Positions 29,445 through 38,981 of a stretch of DNA of 64,000 nt are shown piece after piece (the first letter of the stretch is position 1; the number at the start of each line of letters is the position of its first letter). A program made the translations under genes and the position numbers. The notes beneath the pieces were generated by a model. The model worked only from the letters and a program-made list of their open reading frames with translations, searched no databases and was not told where the DNA came from. Origin of the DNA: a virus; IMG/VR virus record IMGVR_UViG_3300037346_000623, positions 1 to 64,000 of that record; one strand, given 5' to 3'.

Positions 29445-29975
29445 TTATTTCTGATTTTTTTGGATATTTATAACATCCCTTATCTTAGCAGCAAGTTCAA
29501 ATTTCTCATCAGAAAGTGCTTTTTTTAACATATTATCAAGGGCATCGGATTCAGTTGTTTCTGTTTCTGTTTGATTTTTTATATTATTGGCTATCAAATA
29601 CATTCTTTGCGGTGAATATATTACCTCCAATGTTGGATCCAGCACAATATCACCAATTATATCATCGCCTTCCATTTCCTCTTTTATCTCATTGAGATAT
29701 TCCTCAGTCCATAACGGATTATCCCAAAATATCATCCAATAACCATATATTAATTCAGGTATATTATTTTCAATAACATATTTAAGAAGGCTCTTTAATT
29801 CATTCCTAAGATCATTTTTAGTAATACCATCAGCAAAAGCTTTTCTCTTAACACCAGGTATAGCAGATACGCCATCGCCAATACCATGTTTAAAACACTT
29901 ATTAACATCAAATATAACATCCCAATCCATTCCGGAGATAACTTTGTCTATGACCTTATCAACTTCATTTTTCAT
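29445..29975 (-). CDS. Hypothetical protein with C-terminal UVR (UvrB/C) motif
   Basis: LKKALSDEKFELAAKIRDVI. Late motif at 29980-29987 sits only 4 nt upstream of the ATG. Confidence 0.7.
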   Translation of the reverse strand: MKNEVDKVIDKVISGMDWDVIFDVNKCFKHGIGDGVSAIPGVKRKAFADGITKNDLRNELKSLLKYVIENNIPELIYGYWMIFWDNPLWTEEYLNEIKEEMEGDDIIGDIVLDPTLEVIYSPQRMYLIANNIKNQTETETTESDALDNMLKKALSDEKFELAAKIRDVINIQKNQK

Positions 29976-29986
29976 TCTTTATATAT

Positions 29987-30409
29987 CTATTTTTTTAAGC
30001 CTAACTGGTCCGAAACGTCCAGCATCCAGTCATTATATTTATCGGGATAGAATTCTTTCAACTGGGAAAGATCCCTTCTGGATATCTTATATCTATCACA
30101 AATAAAATTTTCAATTTCGCTGTAATCAGAAACTTTTGTTTTTTTTCCAGTAGTTTCTTTTTTTATTGTCTTTGTGTATATCCAGGTAGGTGGTTTAGAA
30201 AATCTATTAGATAAGGTGTCTCGCCACCAATCAACAACAAAATGCGGGGTTACCCTCATTTTGTTAAATTGATTAGCCTGTACAGGAAATTGTATGGACA
30301 TTATTCTATTAATCATAAAGAAATTGCGGACCTTGTCATTTTTACCTACTGAATCCCAACTTCTTTTATTCTTTGAAAATATATTTTTTATTATATCGAA
30401 GAGTTCCAT
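29987..30409 (-). CDS. Putative clamp loader small subunit (gp62-like)
   Basis: MELFD..., FMINRIMS...ANQFN resemble gp62-family motifs. Near the gp44-like gene. Confidence 0.55.
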   Translation of the reverse strand: MELFDIIKNIFSKNKRSWDSVGKNDKVRNFFMINRIMSIQFPVQANQFNKMRVTPHFVVDWWRDTLSNRFSKPPTWIYTKTIKKETTGKKTKVSDYSEIENFICDRYKISRRDLSQLKEFYPDKYNDWMLDVSDQLGLKK

Positions 30410-30411
30410 TA

Positions 30412-31566
30412 TTATAAGTATGAAAAAGGATCAAATCCCTTTGGTTGATATCCAGTTGTTACCCATTCGCTTCCCTCTAATATTTTTATTCTGTCCAGCG
30501 TAACAATTTTTTTCTGTATCTCAAGACCTCTTATTATTTCCTGAGAAGCACCCTTTATTACAAAGGGAGGTATGACTTTATAATTTAGCCACATGAGAAT
30601 AAGATTTCTTTCGAAGTTATGTGAAACTTTTTTTCTATTATCAGTTGTATCAACATCTTTAGTTGTTCTTAATATTAATCCGCTTATCCAATTAAGGAAT
30701 TCCTGATTTTTAATTAATAAATCAAAAGAAATGCCAAGCCATTCGGTTTCTAGCAAAGCAACATAAACCTTTTTAGCCTTACTATCAGTAAACCTAACTA
30801 ATTTATCCTCACCGTCTTTATTCTTAACAGTATAATCCCAAACACTCGGAACAGAATCTCCGTCATCTCCAATTAGAATCTTATTGAATATAAAAGAATA
30901 GCTATCAATTTCCTCTATCTTCACTTTTTTAAGGAACTCTTTGAATTTATCCTTCTCTGGAGATATCGCCGATGACATGTTAAATATACTCATTCCAACG
31001 GAATCATTTTTATTTAACCATAATTCCTCCCATTTCTGATGAACGGAAAGCATATTCTTCTTTGAATTTGTGTTCCATACAGCAGTCCATGTTTTATCAT
31101 TTTTTCTTGCTAATTGATGCATATCATGATCACCGCTAATTATGATACAATTTTCGCCGTTTAAATTAAAATAATCGGACCAGAACATCAGTAAATCATC
31201 GCCTTCAGCTCCTTCAACTCTCGAAAATATGAATCCCATTTTCTCCAGCTGCTCTCCAAATGCTGACATTAATTCAAAAAATATGGTCCAATCAACAGTT
31301 TCGTCCTTCACTCTTCCCGATTTATATCCACCATTTTCTATCTCAACATCCTTCCTCCAGCTTCTACTATCAGCAGTAAATATCATTCTTCCACCTTGTG
31401 GAAGCATCTTAAGCGAAGAACACAAATCGGTAGAAACTTTCCTTATAAAAGCTGCTTGTTCAGATTTCTCCTTTAAAACCTTTCCTGGATCCATATTTCC
31501 ATACCCAGCAAATACTCCGAAGGTTTTATGGAAATGGTGATTCCCATCAATTGCAATGTTTATCAT
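30412..31566 (-). CDS. rnh: 5'-3' exonuclease/flap endonuclease (T4 RNase H-like)
   Basis: IDGN, SWRK..YKSGR, EGDD, SGDHDMHQL, LIGDDGDSVP. Confidence 0.85.
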   Translation of the reverse strand: MINIAIDGNHHFHKTFGVFAGYGNMDPGKVLKEKSEQAAFIRKVSTDLCSSLKMLPQGGRMIFTADSRSWRKDVEIENGGYKSGRVKDETVDWTIFFELMSAFGEQLEKMGFIFSRVEGAEGDDLLMFWSDYFNLNGENCIIISGDHDMHQLARKNDKTWTAVWNTNSKKNMLSVHQKWEELWLNKNDSVGMSIFNMSSAISPEKDKFKEFLKKVKIEEIDSYSFIFNKILIGDDGDSVPSVWDYTVKNKDGEDKLVRFTDSKAKKVYVALLETEWLGISFDLLIKNQEFLNWISGLILRTTKDVDTTDNRKKVSHNFERNLILMWLNYKVIPPFVIKGASQEIIRGLEIQKKIVTLDRIKILEGSEWVTTGYQPKGFDPFSYL

Positions 31567-31599
31567 TTTTTTATATTTTTAATCATGTTTTTCAATAAG

Positions 31600-31627
31600 T
31601 TATATTATACATACAATAGAATATTTC
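31600..31627 (-). promoter_or_regulatory. Putative middle promoter GAAAT-N18-TATAA
   Basis: Recurrent motif upstream of the rnh-like gene. Confidence 0.55.
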
Positions 31628-31662
31628 ATATAAATAGGTGGATATAAATGTGAATATCATAT

Positions 31663-32184
31663 TTAGTCTAATAATTTTATCCACTCTATCGTTCCATCTA
31701 TAATAAAATTAGGATCAGTTATTCTATGATCAAAATCACTAAAGTTTTCAAAATCATTCTCGTCGGCAGCTAATCTTCTATCCACCTTATCAACATCTTT
31801 TCGTTTAAGTAATCTTTCCCTTCTAATATCAATAGGAGCATCAATATAAACTATAAAAGATTCATCCCTATCTATAGGTTTTAATTTACTTATCCCGCTA
31901 GGAGTCATTATAAACAGATTTGATTTCTTAAATTCATCAATCGATGTCCCGTAGAACCACCCGTTAAACATTACGTATTCATATAGGAGTTTCTTCTCTA
32001 TGAAATGATGTATAGCCGAATCCAAACTTATAAAATGATAATCTATCCCATTAACCTCACTCTCCCTTGGTGGTCTTGTCGTATGTGATACACAATATTT
32101 GAATCCATAATTTTCCATCTGTTGTCTAGCATAATCTTTTCCCGAACCCGCCTTTCCAACAAATATAATTCTCTTATTTCTCAT
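31663..32184 (-). CDS. gmk: Guanylate kinase-like protein
   Basis: GKAGSGKD, SHTTRPPR..EVNGIDYHF, YGTS. Confidence 0.85.
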   Translation of the reverse strand: MRNKRIIFVGKAGSGKDYARQQMENYGFKYCVSHTTRPPRESEVNGIDYHFISLDSAIHHFIEKKLLYEYVMFNGWFYGTSIDEFKKSNLFIMTPSGISKLKPIDRDESFIVYIDAPIDIRRERLLKRKDVDKVDRRLAADENDFENFSDFDHRITDPNFIIDGTIEWIKLLD

Positions 32185-33128
32185 TATTCAATAAGTTTTT
32201 GAATCTGAAAAAATAAAGATAGTAACGAAACCATCGGATCAATCACTTGCGTTCTCTGTGCCTGATGTTCAGCAACAAGCACTATCACTGCAGGAATAAT
32301 TTTTGATAAATCAGATTTATTATTTATTATCCAATTTATAAACTCGTCACCTAATGCAGACATGACATCATCGGTTTTACCTTGATATTCGCCAACTAGT
32401 GTCTGATAATTTTTAACAGGGTCCTTAGATGTAACCAGAAGAATATATAAATTTTCATAAGACCAGCCAAATTCCTTAACTCTAGCCGAATCTATATTTT
32501 TAACACCCTCTATCATCCAAGCTTGTATCTTGTTCAGTGCAGCTCTAAAATCAGGGTAATAGCTTCTCTGGAATTCAGATAAAGCTTCATCCTCTATGGT
32601 TACCCCAATTTTACCAAGAATGAAATTTACTCTAGTAGCCCATTCAGCTTTAAGATTCTCGTCCTCTTCGGTGCTTATTGGATTAAAGTCAATAACTTCA
32701 AATCTACTCTGAATAGCATCAGGAACCTTATTTATATAATTGCATGTCGCGATAAACCTTGTATTTGAAGCATATTTTTCAACAGTACCTCTAAGTGCTT
32801 TATAGAATTGGTCAGATGCACCATCAAACTCATCTAATACAACCACTTTCTTCGAGGATTTCCCATCCATAACAGATATAGTCGAACAAAAGTCCGTTAT
32901 TTTGGTTCTAATAGTTTCAACTGAGCTCTCATCAGAAACATTTATGAACAAATGAGGAAATGGTGCTGCTAGTATCTTTGCTAATGTTGTTTTTCCGCAA
33001 CCTGGTGATCCACTAAGTAAAATGTTTTGTCCTAAGCCATTCTCAAAAACTTTGGAAATTCTTGAGGGTAATATCATATGCTCTAGTTTTTTTGGTCTGA
33101 GCTTTTCTGTTAATAATTCTTGTATCAT
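32184..33128 (-). CDS. gp44: Clamp loader large subunit (T4 gp44/RFC-like)
   Basis: EKLRPK, GSPGCGKTT, LDEFD, FIATCNY...IQSRF. Confidence 0.9.
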   Translation of the reverse strand: MIQELLTEKLRPKKLEHMILPSRISKVFENGLGQNILLSGSPGCGKTTLAKILAAPFPHLFINVSDESSVETIRTKITDFCSTISVMDGKSSKKVVVLDEFDGASDQFYKALRGTVEKYASNTRFIATCNYINKVPDAIQSRFEVIDFNPISTEEDENLKAEWATRVNFILGKIGVTIEDEALSEFQRSYYPDFRAALNKIQAWMIEGVKNIDSARVKEFGWSYENLYILLVTSKDPVKNYQTLVGEYQGKTDDVMSALGDEFINWIINNKSDLSKIIPAVIVLVAEHQAQRTQVIDPMVSLLSLFFQIQKLIE

Positions 33129-33137
33129 TTATATTGA

Positions 33138-34475
33138 TTAAAATTTAGTACTTAAATCGTCAGCAGTATCCTTATCGTTTCTTACCTCAATAAATCTAGG
33201 TAAAAATAAAGAACGATTACCGTTCTTATCCTCTATAGTAACGTTATATTGGACTGCAATTATTCTACCTATATGCTGATCCGGGGTTTCACTTAATAAT
33301 TTAAGATCATTGTCAGTAAAACCTGACCCAACCCTAACGTTGAGTGTACCTGATGAATCAGTACATATAAAACCACCGATGTATCCCTCTCTTTTTCCTT
33401 CACCTGGGTACCATCCACTAATAATCAGATCACAATCATTAACTTCTTTAAGTTTTATCCAGGTCTTTGATCTTTTACATTCATAGATGGAATTATTTTT
33501 ACATATAACCCCCTCACCACCGTCAGCAACTATTTTTTTATAAATTTCTGCAACATCAGAGGAGTTATCTAATTCCCACATTCTTGCGAGAATAACTGGG
33601 CTGTTATCAGGAAGAAATGATGTTACCCTCTCCAACGTGGACCTTCTTGTAAGATAATCAAGGACACCTGAACCGTGATTTAGTGTCATAACTTCTTCGA
33701 AATCGAATACATTAAAAAGCATATCCTTATCTATATCCTTAGGAGCAGTTCCTCTTAGTATCTGTGTAACCTTTCCACTAACAGATTTTCTATTAAGATC
33801 CGTTAATTCACCATCAAAAAACCAGTCACCAAGTATTCCTTGTCCACTGTTGATCATTGCAGTTTTTAGTGAGAATGTTATTCCCGAAAGACAGGTTGGA
33901 TCTAATTCATTGAAAGCTCTAGTGAAGTATGTTATTTCTCCAGATTTATATATTGCAATAACTCTAACACCATCATATTTTTCCTCGCAGTATATTTTTT
34001 CCCAATTTTCTATAACCTCATGATCATCAGTAGCTAACATAACAGAAGGATCTGGTACAAGTTCATAACCAAGTGCTTTGTTTATAAGCTTAGCACCAAT
34101 TCCTATATTCATCCTTTTTGTTACAATTTTCATAAGAACAGATCTTAATTCCAGATCTTCCACAGGATCGTTACTAATTTTAGCAGATACTAAATTACAA
34201 GCTCTACTTCTAAGATTATCATTGGCCGCAGAAGCAATTTTAAGCTCCTCTAATAAAGATCTAAAATCTTCCCATAGGTTAGGATTACTTTCCGATAAAA
34301 CCTCATTATACGAAATCTTATGAAGCTTTGTTGTCACGAAAGGATTAAAGCAAACATCAAGTATATACTTAAGCTCATAATCAATATTGGATTTTATTAA
34401 ATTCTGTTTGGATTTCTGGGAGCCGTTTCCTGTTAATAATTCAAGTTCCCTAAGGATTCTTAATTTTTCTATCAT
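33138..34475 (-). CDS. ATP-dependent DNA ligase
   Basis: EEKYDGVR motif I, FDGEL, EGVICK, WIKLK, VGSGF, LFLPRF. Confidence 0.95.
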   Translation of the reverse strand: MIEKLRILRELELLTGNGSQKSKQNLIKSNIDYELKYILDVCFNPFVTTKLHKISYNEVLSESNPNLWEDFRSLLEELKIASAANDNLRSRACNLVSAKISNDPVEDLELRSVLMKIVTKRMNIGIGAKLINKALGYELVPDPSVMLATDDHEVIENWEKIYCEEKYDGVRVIAIYKSGEITYFTRAFNELDPTCLSGITFSLKTAMINSGQGILGDWFFDGELTDLNRKSVSGKVTQILRGTAPKDIDKDMLFNVFDFEEVMTLNHGSGVLDYLTRRSTLERVTSFLPDNSPVILARMWELDNSSDVAEIYKKIVADGGEGVICKNNSIYECKRSKTWIKLKEVNDCDLIISGWYPGEGKREGYIGGFICTDSSGTLNVRVGSGFTDNDLKLLSETPDQHIGRIIAVQYNVTIEDKNGNRSLFLPRFIEVRNDKDTADDLSTKF

Positions 34476-34498
34476 TCTTAATAATTTTAATTTTCTTA

Positions 34499-34506
34499 CA
34501 AAAGTA
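34499..34506 (-). promoter_or_regulatory. Bacteroidota-type -7 element TACTTTTG
   Basis: TAnnTTTG between a terminator and the ligase operon. Confidence 0.6.
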
Positions 34507-34539
34507 AATAAAATATACGTATTAAAAAAATAAAGTCAC

Positions 34540-34572
34540 AAAAAAAAGGAATATTTTCATATTCCTTTTTTT
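34540..34572 (-). terminator. Intrinsic terminator after the portal genes
   Basis: A8-ggaatat-tttc-atattcc-T7. Confidence 0.85.
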
Positions 34573-36211
34573 ATAAAGTTACTTGAGGAGACTTTTCCGA
34601 TTCGTCCTCTGCTGCAGGTTTCTCTGCAGCGTCCTCTGCTGCAGGTTCGCCCTCGACTGGAGGAGCAGGAGCTCCCGCTTTTTCTTCTTCCTTTTTATAT
34701 TGTTCATTAAGCTTTAACTGATCCGGAGACATGCCAATGAATCGTTGTATAAGAAAGTCATTATCAAAATATGGAACATCCTCCTCGCCAGCTTTCACTT
34801 TAAGATCGGCAAGAGCAGTTACAAATTCGCTCTTCTTTTTAAGATTCGTCATTTCTACCTGATCCTCAAACTCAAGGTCCCTATTAAAATCAAGTCCTAT
34901 ATTAGCTTTAAAGCTTCTATCCTTAGCCAATTCAGGATATTCCAGACACATTTGTATATAAAGTGGTTTTACTAATATCTCCTGGAATATGGATCTAAGT
35001 CTTCTCAGAAATTTTTCGAATCTTATCTCATCTCTTTCTAATTGGTCTATTGCTATCTGGTAATTAGCAGGGGTTCCATTCTTTGCAGCAAATCTTGCAT
35101 AGGGTATTTTTGAATCCATTTTTAACTTATTGAAAAAATAAAGTACGTTATCCATAACATTAAAATCAGGACCGGAAGGATTCAGCGAAGATATCTCAGG
35201 GGAAACCCCATTTTGTTCGGGAAATAAATAATTTTTATAAAACTGGACTTTAGGTCTACCATTTACAGTAAGTTCTCCTGATGAATCATTAATACTGATT
35301 TCCTCTTTATAATTTGACATGAGTTGTCCCAGAGTTTGCATTGCTTTTTGAGGTGACTGAGTACCTATTGGAATAATGAATTTCATTCTATAACTAGCAT
35401 TCATAACATTCCATATAACCCTAGAATTCTCCATGATTCTAAGTATATTATACGATCTAACTAGTCTTTCAACATAGCTTGTTCTTGATATTGTATTACC
35501 CTTAGCATAAGATATGTAAATGATCTGCTCATTGGTAAGTTTTCTAAACATCTGTGGATTATTAGGATACTGCAACCAAAATTGTTTATATTCATTTTCA
35601 CCAACCTTTTCAACAATAGGTTCAAGAGATACTGCATCCAATTCCTTAAATCCTATTATTTCCTTACCCTTACTATCATATATTATTTCGAATGCTAAAA
35701 ATCCATCTATAATAAACTGTCTAAAATATTGCCAACCCAAAACAGTATTTTGAAATTGAAATATATTATACAATCTATTGAAATGGGAGCTTATCTTTTC
35801 TTTTATATTATCTTTAAGATCTATATTAGAAAAAGATGGCTGAGCAAAATAATTTCTATCATTATAAACTATTGCTTCATCAGTAATAATATCCAATATA
35901 AATTCAATTTCGCCATTTATCGAAAACTTTCTAAGATAATTTCTCTTCTCTATATACGATTTATCGAAATATGCTATATATTTTCTTACCTTGGTATCGT
36001 GATATGATGCTGTCCACTGAAAAGCACTATCTTTAGTATAACCAGTACCCTCCTGATTGAAAAAAGAGCCCTCGGTTCTACCGATAGCTTGCGAGTTTCT
36101 AACAATCATATCATCATATTGCATACCGAATTTGGATATATTACCCAGATTCTTCAATATGTTACCCAATGCCGCTTGATTGGGTTTTAAAAAGTCTAAA
36201 AATCCTGCCAT
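34571..36211 (-). CDS. gp20: Portal protein, copy B (T4 gp20-like)
   Basis: I.DEAIV, FRQFIIDG, LRIMENS.VIW, YF.NKL...SKIP..R, RDEIRFEKFLRRLRSIF. Confidence 0.9.
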   Translation of the reverse strand: MAGFLDFLKPNQAALGNILKNLGNISKFGMQYDDMIVRNSQAIGRTEGSFFNQEGTGYTKDSAFQWTASYHDTKVRKYIAYFDKSYIEKRNYLRKFSINGEIEFILDIITDEAIVYNDRNYFAQPSFSNIDLKDNIKEKISSHFNRLYNIFQFQNTVLGWQYFRQFIIDGFLAFEIIYDSKGKEIIGFKELDAVSLEPIVEKVGENEYKQFWLQYPNNPQMFRKLTNEQIIYISYAKGNTISRTSYVERLVRSYNILRIMENSRVIWNVMNASYRMKFIIPIGTQSPQKAMQTLGQLMSNYKEEISINDSSGELTVNGRPKVQFYKNYLFPEQNGVSPEISSLNPSGPDFNVMDNVLYFFNKLKMDSKIPYARFAAKNGTPANYQIAIDQLERDEIRFEKFLRRLRSIFQEILVKPLYIQMCLEYPELAKDRSFKANIGLDFNRDLEFEDQVEMTNLKKKSEFVTALADLKVKAGEEDVPYFDNDFLIQRFIGMSPDQLKLNEQYKKEEEKAGAPAPPVEGEPAAEDAAEKPAAEDESEKSPQVTL

Positions 36212-36215
36212 TTTA

Positions 36216-37829
36216 TTATAGTGTTACTTGTGGTGCTTCTTCCTCGCCTTCTTTCTTAGTCTCTTTCCCTCCCGATGTCTTTTCTGCTTTCGCCTTCTCC
36301 CTTGCCTTTCTTTCTTTAGCCTCTTTGTTGGCTATTATATCCTGTTTAGACATACCTAAGTACTCCTCTATAAGGAATGCGTTGGAAAAAAATGGTTTAC
36401 CGTCATCGTTCACGAGTCCACCAAGACTAGAAATTGTTTCTTTTCTCTGTACCATCTTACCAATTTCCTGGTTTTCCTTAAATGGATTATCGGACCAATA
36501 ATTAAGACCCAATTGACTTTTGAATAGAAAATCTTTCTCCAGATAAGGATACTTATTAACCATCTGCAGCCACATTGGTTTAACCAGAATTTCTTGAAAT
36601 ACTGATCTAAGCCTAGATATAAATTTATAGAATCTTATTTCCTCTTTGTCCAAACCTTCAGCACCATTGGAATATGGTGATGTACTGCCGCCATCGGGGT
36701 TATGAAACCTCGATGGTGGGACTTTAGACTCTAATATAAATTTATCAAAGAAATATGTTAATGGAGCAGGATCATTCAAATTAGGTCCTTCAGTATTTAT
36801 TGGCTCGATAGTCGGTGTTCCGTTAACACCAGAAGGCATAAGATAATTCTTATAGAACTGTATCTTTGGTTTACCGTCAACTGTAAGCTCCCCACTTTCA
36901 TCGTTTAACTGTATGTCTTCCTTATAGACACTCATAAGTTCTCCGAGTGTTTGCATACCCTTTTGTTGGGATTTTGTACCTATTGGTACTGTCATTTTAA
37001 GCTTAAATGAAGCATTCATAACTGACCAGATAACTCTAGTATACTCTATTATTCTCAATATATTATACGGTCTTATAAGTCTCTCAATATAACTAACTCT
37101 TGATATTGAATTACCCTTGGCGTATGATATGTATATTATTTGCGGATCATATAGAACTCTTTTCTTCTTTGGGTCTTGTGGATATTGTGTCCATGTACTA
37201 ACAAAGCTTCCGTCTAATTGTTTCTCAACACTAGGAATAAGAGTTATAGGATCAAGTTCCTTAAATCCAACTATTTTCTTACCCGTATCATCATATATAA
37301 TTTCAAATGCTAGAAATCCATCTATAATAAACTGTCTAAAATATTGCCATGCTGTTATATCATCAGAAAATCCCCATATATCATATAGGCTCTTATATAC
37401 ATCATATAGCTCATCCTTTACCTTCTCGTTTACATCAGTAAGATCTATAAAATCCGGATATGCAAAAAAATTAGCGGGATCATATGTTATTGCTTCATCA
37501 CATATAGTATCAAGTACCCATTCAACCTCAGGATTTAGCGAGAACATTCTTAAAAAATCACGTTTACCCTTATAATCTTTATCAAAGTATCCTATGAATT
37601 GTCTGGTTGTTACATCCTGCTTAGCAAGAGCCCATAGCATACTTTCGTCCTCTACGTTCGATTTATTCTTATTAAGAAAAGCTGCTTCTGTCACACCAAC
37701 AGCTTGTGAATTTCTTATAACCATATCATCGTACTTCATACCAAAGGTACTAAGTTTTTTGACCGACTCCCGTATTCTCTGTATTACCGGGGATTCCGAT
37801 GGTTTATTATTATCTACAAAACCTGCCAT
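36216..37829 (-). CDS. gp20: Portal protein, copy A (T4 gp20-like)
   Basis: Same motif set, and aligns with the neighbouring gene along its whole length. Confidence 0.9.
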   Translation of the reverse strand: MAGFVDNNKPSESPVIQRIRESVKKLSTFGMKYDDMVIRNSQAVGVTEAAFLNKNKSNVEDESMLWALAKQDVTTRQFIGYFDKDYKGKRDFLRMFSLNPEVEWVLDTICDEAITYDPANFFAYPDFIDLTDVNEKVKDELYDVYKSLYDIWGFSDDITAWQYFRQFIIDGFLAFEIIYDDTGKKIVGFKELDPITLIPSVEKQLDGSFVSTWTQYPQDPKKKRVLYDPQIIYISYAKGNSISRVSYIERLIRPYNILRIIEYTRVIWSVMNASFKLKMTVPIGTKSQQKGMQTLGELMSVYKEDIQLNDESGELTVDGKPKIQFYKNYLMPSGVNGTPTIEPINTEGPNLNDPAPLTYFFDKFILESKVPPSRFHNPDGGSTSPYSNGAEGLDKEEIRFYKFISRLRSVFQEILVKPMWLQMVNKYPYLEKDFLFKSQLGLNYWSDNPFKENQEIGKMVQRKETISSLGGLVNDDGKPFFSNAFLIEEYLGMSKQDIIANKEAKERKAREKAKAEKTSGGKETKKEGEEEAPQVTL

Positions 37830-37850
37830 TTAATTTATTTTTTTGATATT

Positions 37851-37858
37851 TATATATC
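37851..37858 (-). promoter_or_regulatory. Putative late promoter GATATATA for the portal pair
   Basis: Recurrent motif. Confidence 0.65.
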
Positions 37859-37868
37859 GAGATTAATG

Positions 37869-38354
37869 CTATTTACTCTTGAATAAAAAATTCTCGTCGA
37901 TAACTCCGAATCTATATCCTCTTTTGTCTGCCCATTCCTTAGCTGCTCTAAATTTTGCTTGATTTGTTATCCATATTTGCATATTTCTATTATATGACTT
38001 AAGTTTAGCTAAAGTCATAACACCTTCCATTATGGGTTTAATTGTTTGTTTTTCTGGTTTTATTTCTATTATCCATTCCTGTTCACTGTTATCATCCTTC
38101 AGAACTTTTATATAAAAATCAACATTATAATTATGATCTTTTTTATCAAGAGGATTATAATATGGAATAACAACAGGTTCGGAGCTCCATTTTAATATGG
38201 ATTCGTTAGTATCACAATATGTACAAAATCTATATTCCCAGGAAGATCTATAGATAATATTATGTATATCACCTATATATTTATCGGGGTTCTTAGGATC
38301 ATATTTACCAGATTTATATTCCCCATTGGGCTTTATCTTCTTGATATCAGTCAT
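37869..38354 (-). CDS. gp4: Head completion nuclease (T4 gp4-like, TnsA-like)
   Basis: NPDKYIGD..NIIYRSSWE, WSSE...IPY, VDF, IEIKP..Q, NQAKF.AA. Confidence 0.85.
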   Translation of the reverse strand: MTDIKKIKPNGEYKSGKYDPKNPDKYIGDIHNIIYRSSWEYRFCTYCDTNESILKWSSEPVVIPYYNPLDKKDHNYNVDFYIKVLKDDNSEQEWIIEIKPEKQTIKPIMEGVMTLAKLKSYNRNMQIWITNQAKFRAAKEWADKRGYRFGVIDENFLFKSK

Positions 38355-38357
38355 AGT

Positions 38358-38717
38358 CTAGATGTTATATGAATTGTCGTCACCTGTTATATAGCTAAAT
38401 GGGATCGTTACCGGATTTTTTGGCGGATGCAATTTCTTCCATCCCTTGGCAAATCCATGTTTAGCTATCTGTGTAAAATAAGCAAACGGATTATTAGATT
38501 TTTCTGGATTAAATCTATTCCAATATTTACATAAATCCTCCATAGCAAAAGCCATGCAATCCTCTCTATCCTCAGGATCCTTGTACGACATTTTCTTAGC
38601 TATTCCTTCAATCATAAGATTGAACATATCTATAGTTGCTGGCGTTAATTTTCCAGCATTCTTCGATTCAATAACAGCTGCCATTAGCTCGCTATTCTTT
38701 ACATAAACTTTTGCCAT
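38358..38717 (-). CDS. gp55: Short late-transcription sigma factor (T4 gp55-like)
   Basis: YVKNSEL, REDC, FNPEKSNNPFAYFTQIA. Confidence 0.75.
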   Translation of the reverse strand: MAKVYVKNSELMAAVIESKNAGKLTPATIDMFNLMIEGIAKKMSYKDPEDREDCMAFAMEDLCKYWNRFNPEKSNNPFAYFTQIAKHGFAKGWKKLHPPKNPVTIPFSYITGDDNSYNI

Positions 38718-38746
38718 TAATATTTATTATATTTGGGTATTTAGTA

Positions 38747-38774
38747 TTTTAGTTATAAAATACTAAAAGATTTC
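38747..38774 (-). promoter_or_regulatory. Putative middle promoter GAAAT-N18-TAAAA driving the gp55-like gene
   Basis: Directly after the terminator at 38780-38814. Confidence 0.55.
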
Positions 38775-38779
38775 ATCAC

Positions 38780-38814
38780 AAAAAAAAGAATGTAGTAAAA
38801 AATACTACATTCTT
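38780..38814 (-). terminator. Intrinsic terminator
   Basis: aagaatgtagta-aaaaa-tactacattctt with a U-tract on the minus strand. Confidence 0.85.
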
Positions 38815-38819
38815 ATTAA

Positions 38820-38981
38820 TTATTGTTTATCTTCACCAGAGTCATCATTCTCTTCATCACTAAGATCCTCCGTCTTACCAGTAGGTGCCTTCGCGAATTT
38901 ACCCTTCATGGATTGAACAAAAGGTTTACCTGGTTTATTTTGGTTTTCACCTTTAGGTGCGAAATAGAAGTTGCGACTTAG
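38820..38981 (-). other. 53-codon -1-frame extension of the 38978..41539 ORF
   Basis: LSRNFYFAPKGENQNKPGKPFVQSMKGKFAKAPTGKTEDLSDEENDDSGEDKQ* follows an A9 run and continues the xxAP repeats. Confidence 0.65.

Noticed and set aside
34571-37829. Portal duplication as an assembly artefact
   Set aside because: The copies differ extensively at both amino acid and nucleotide level.
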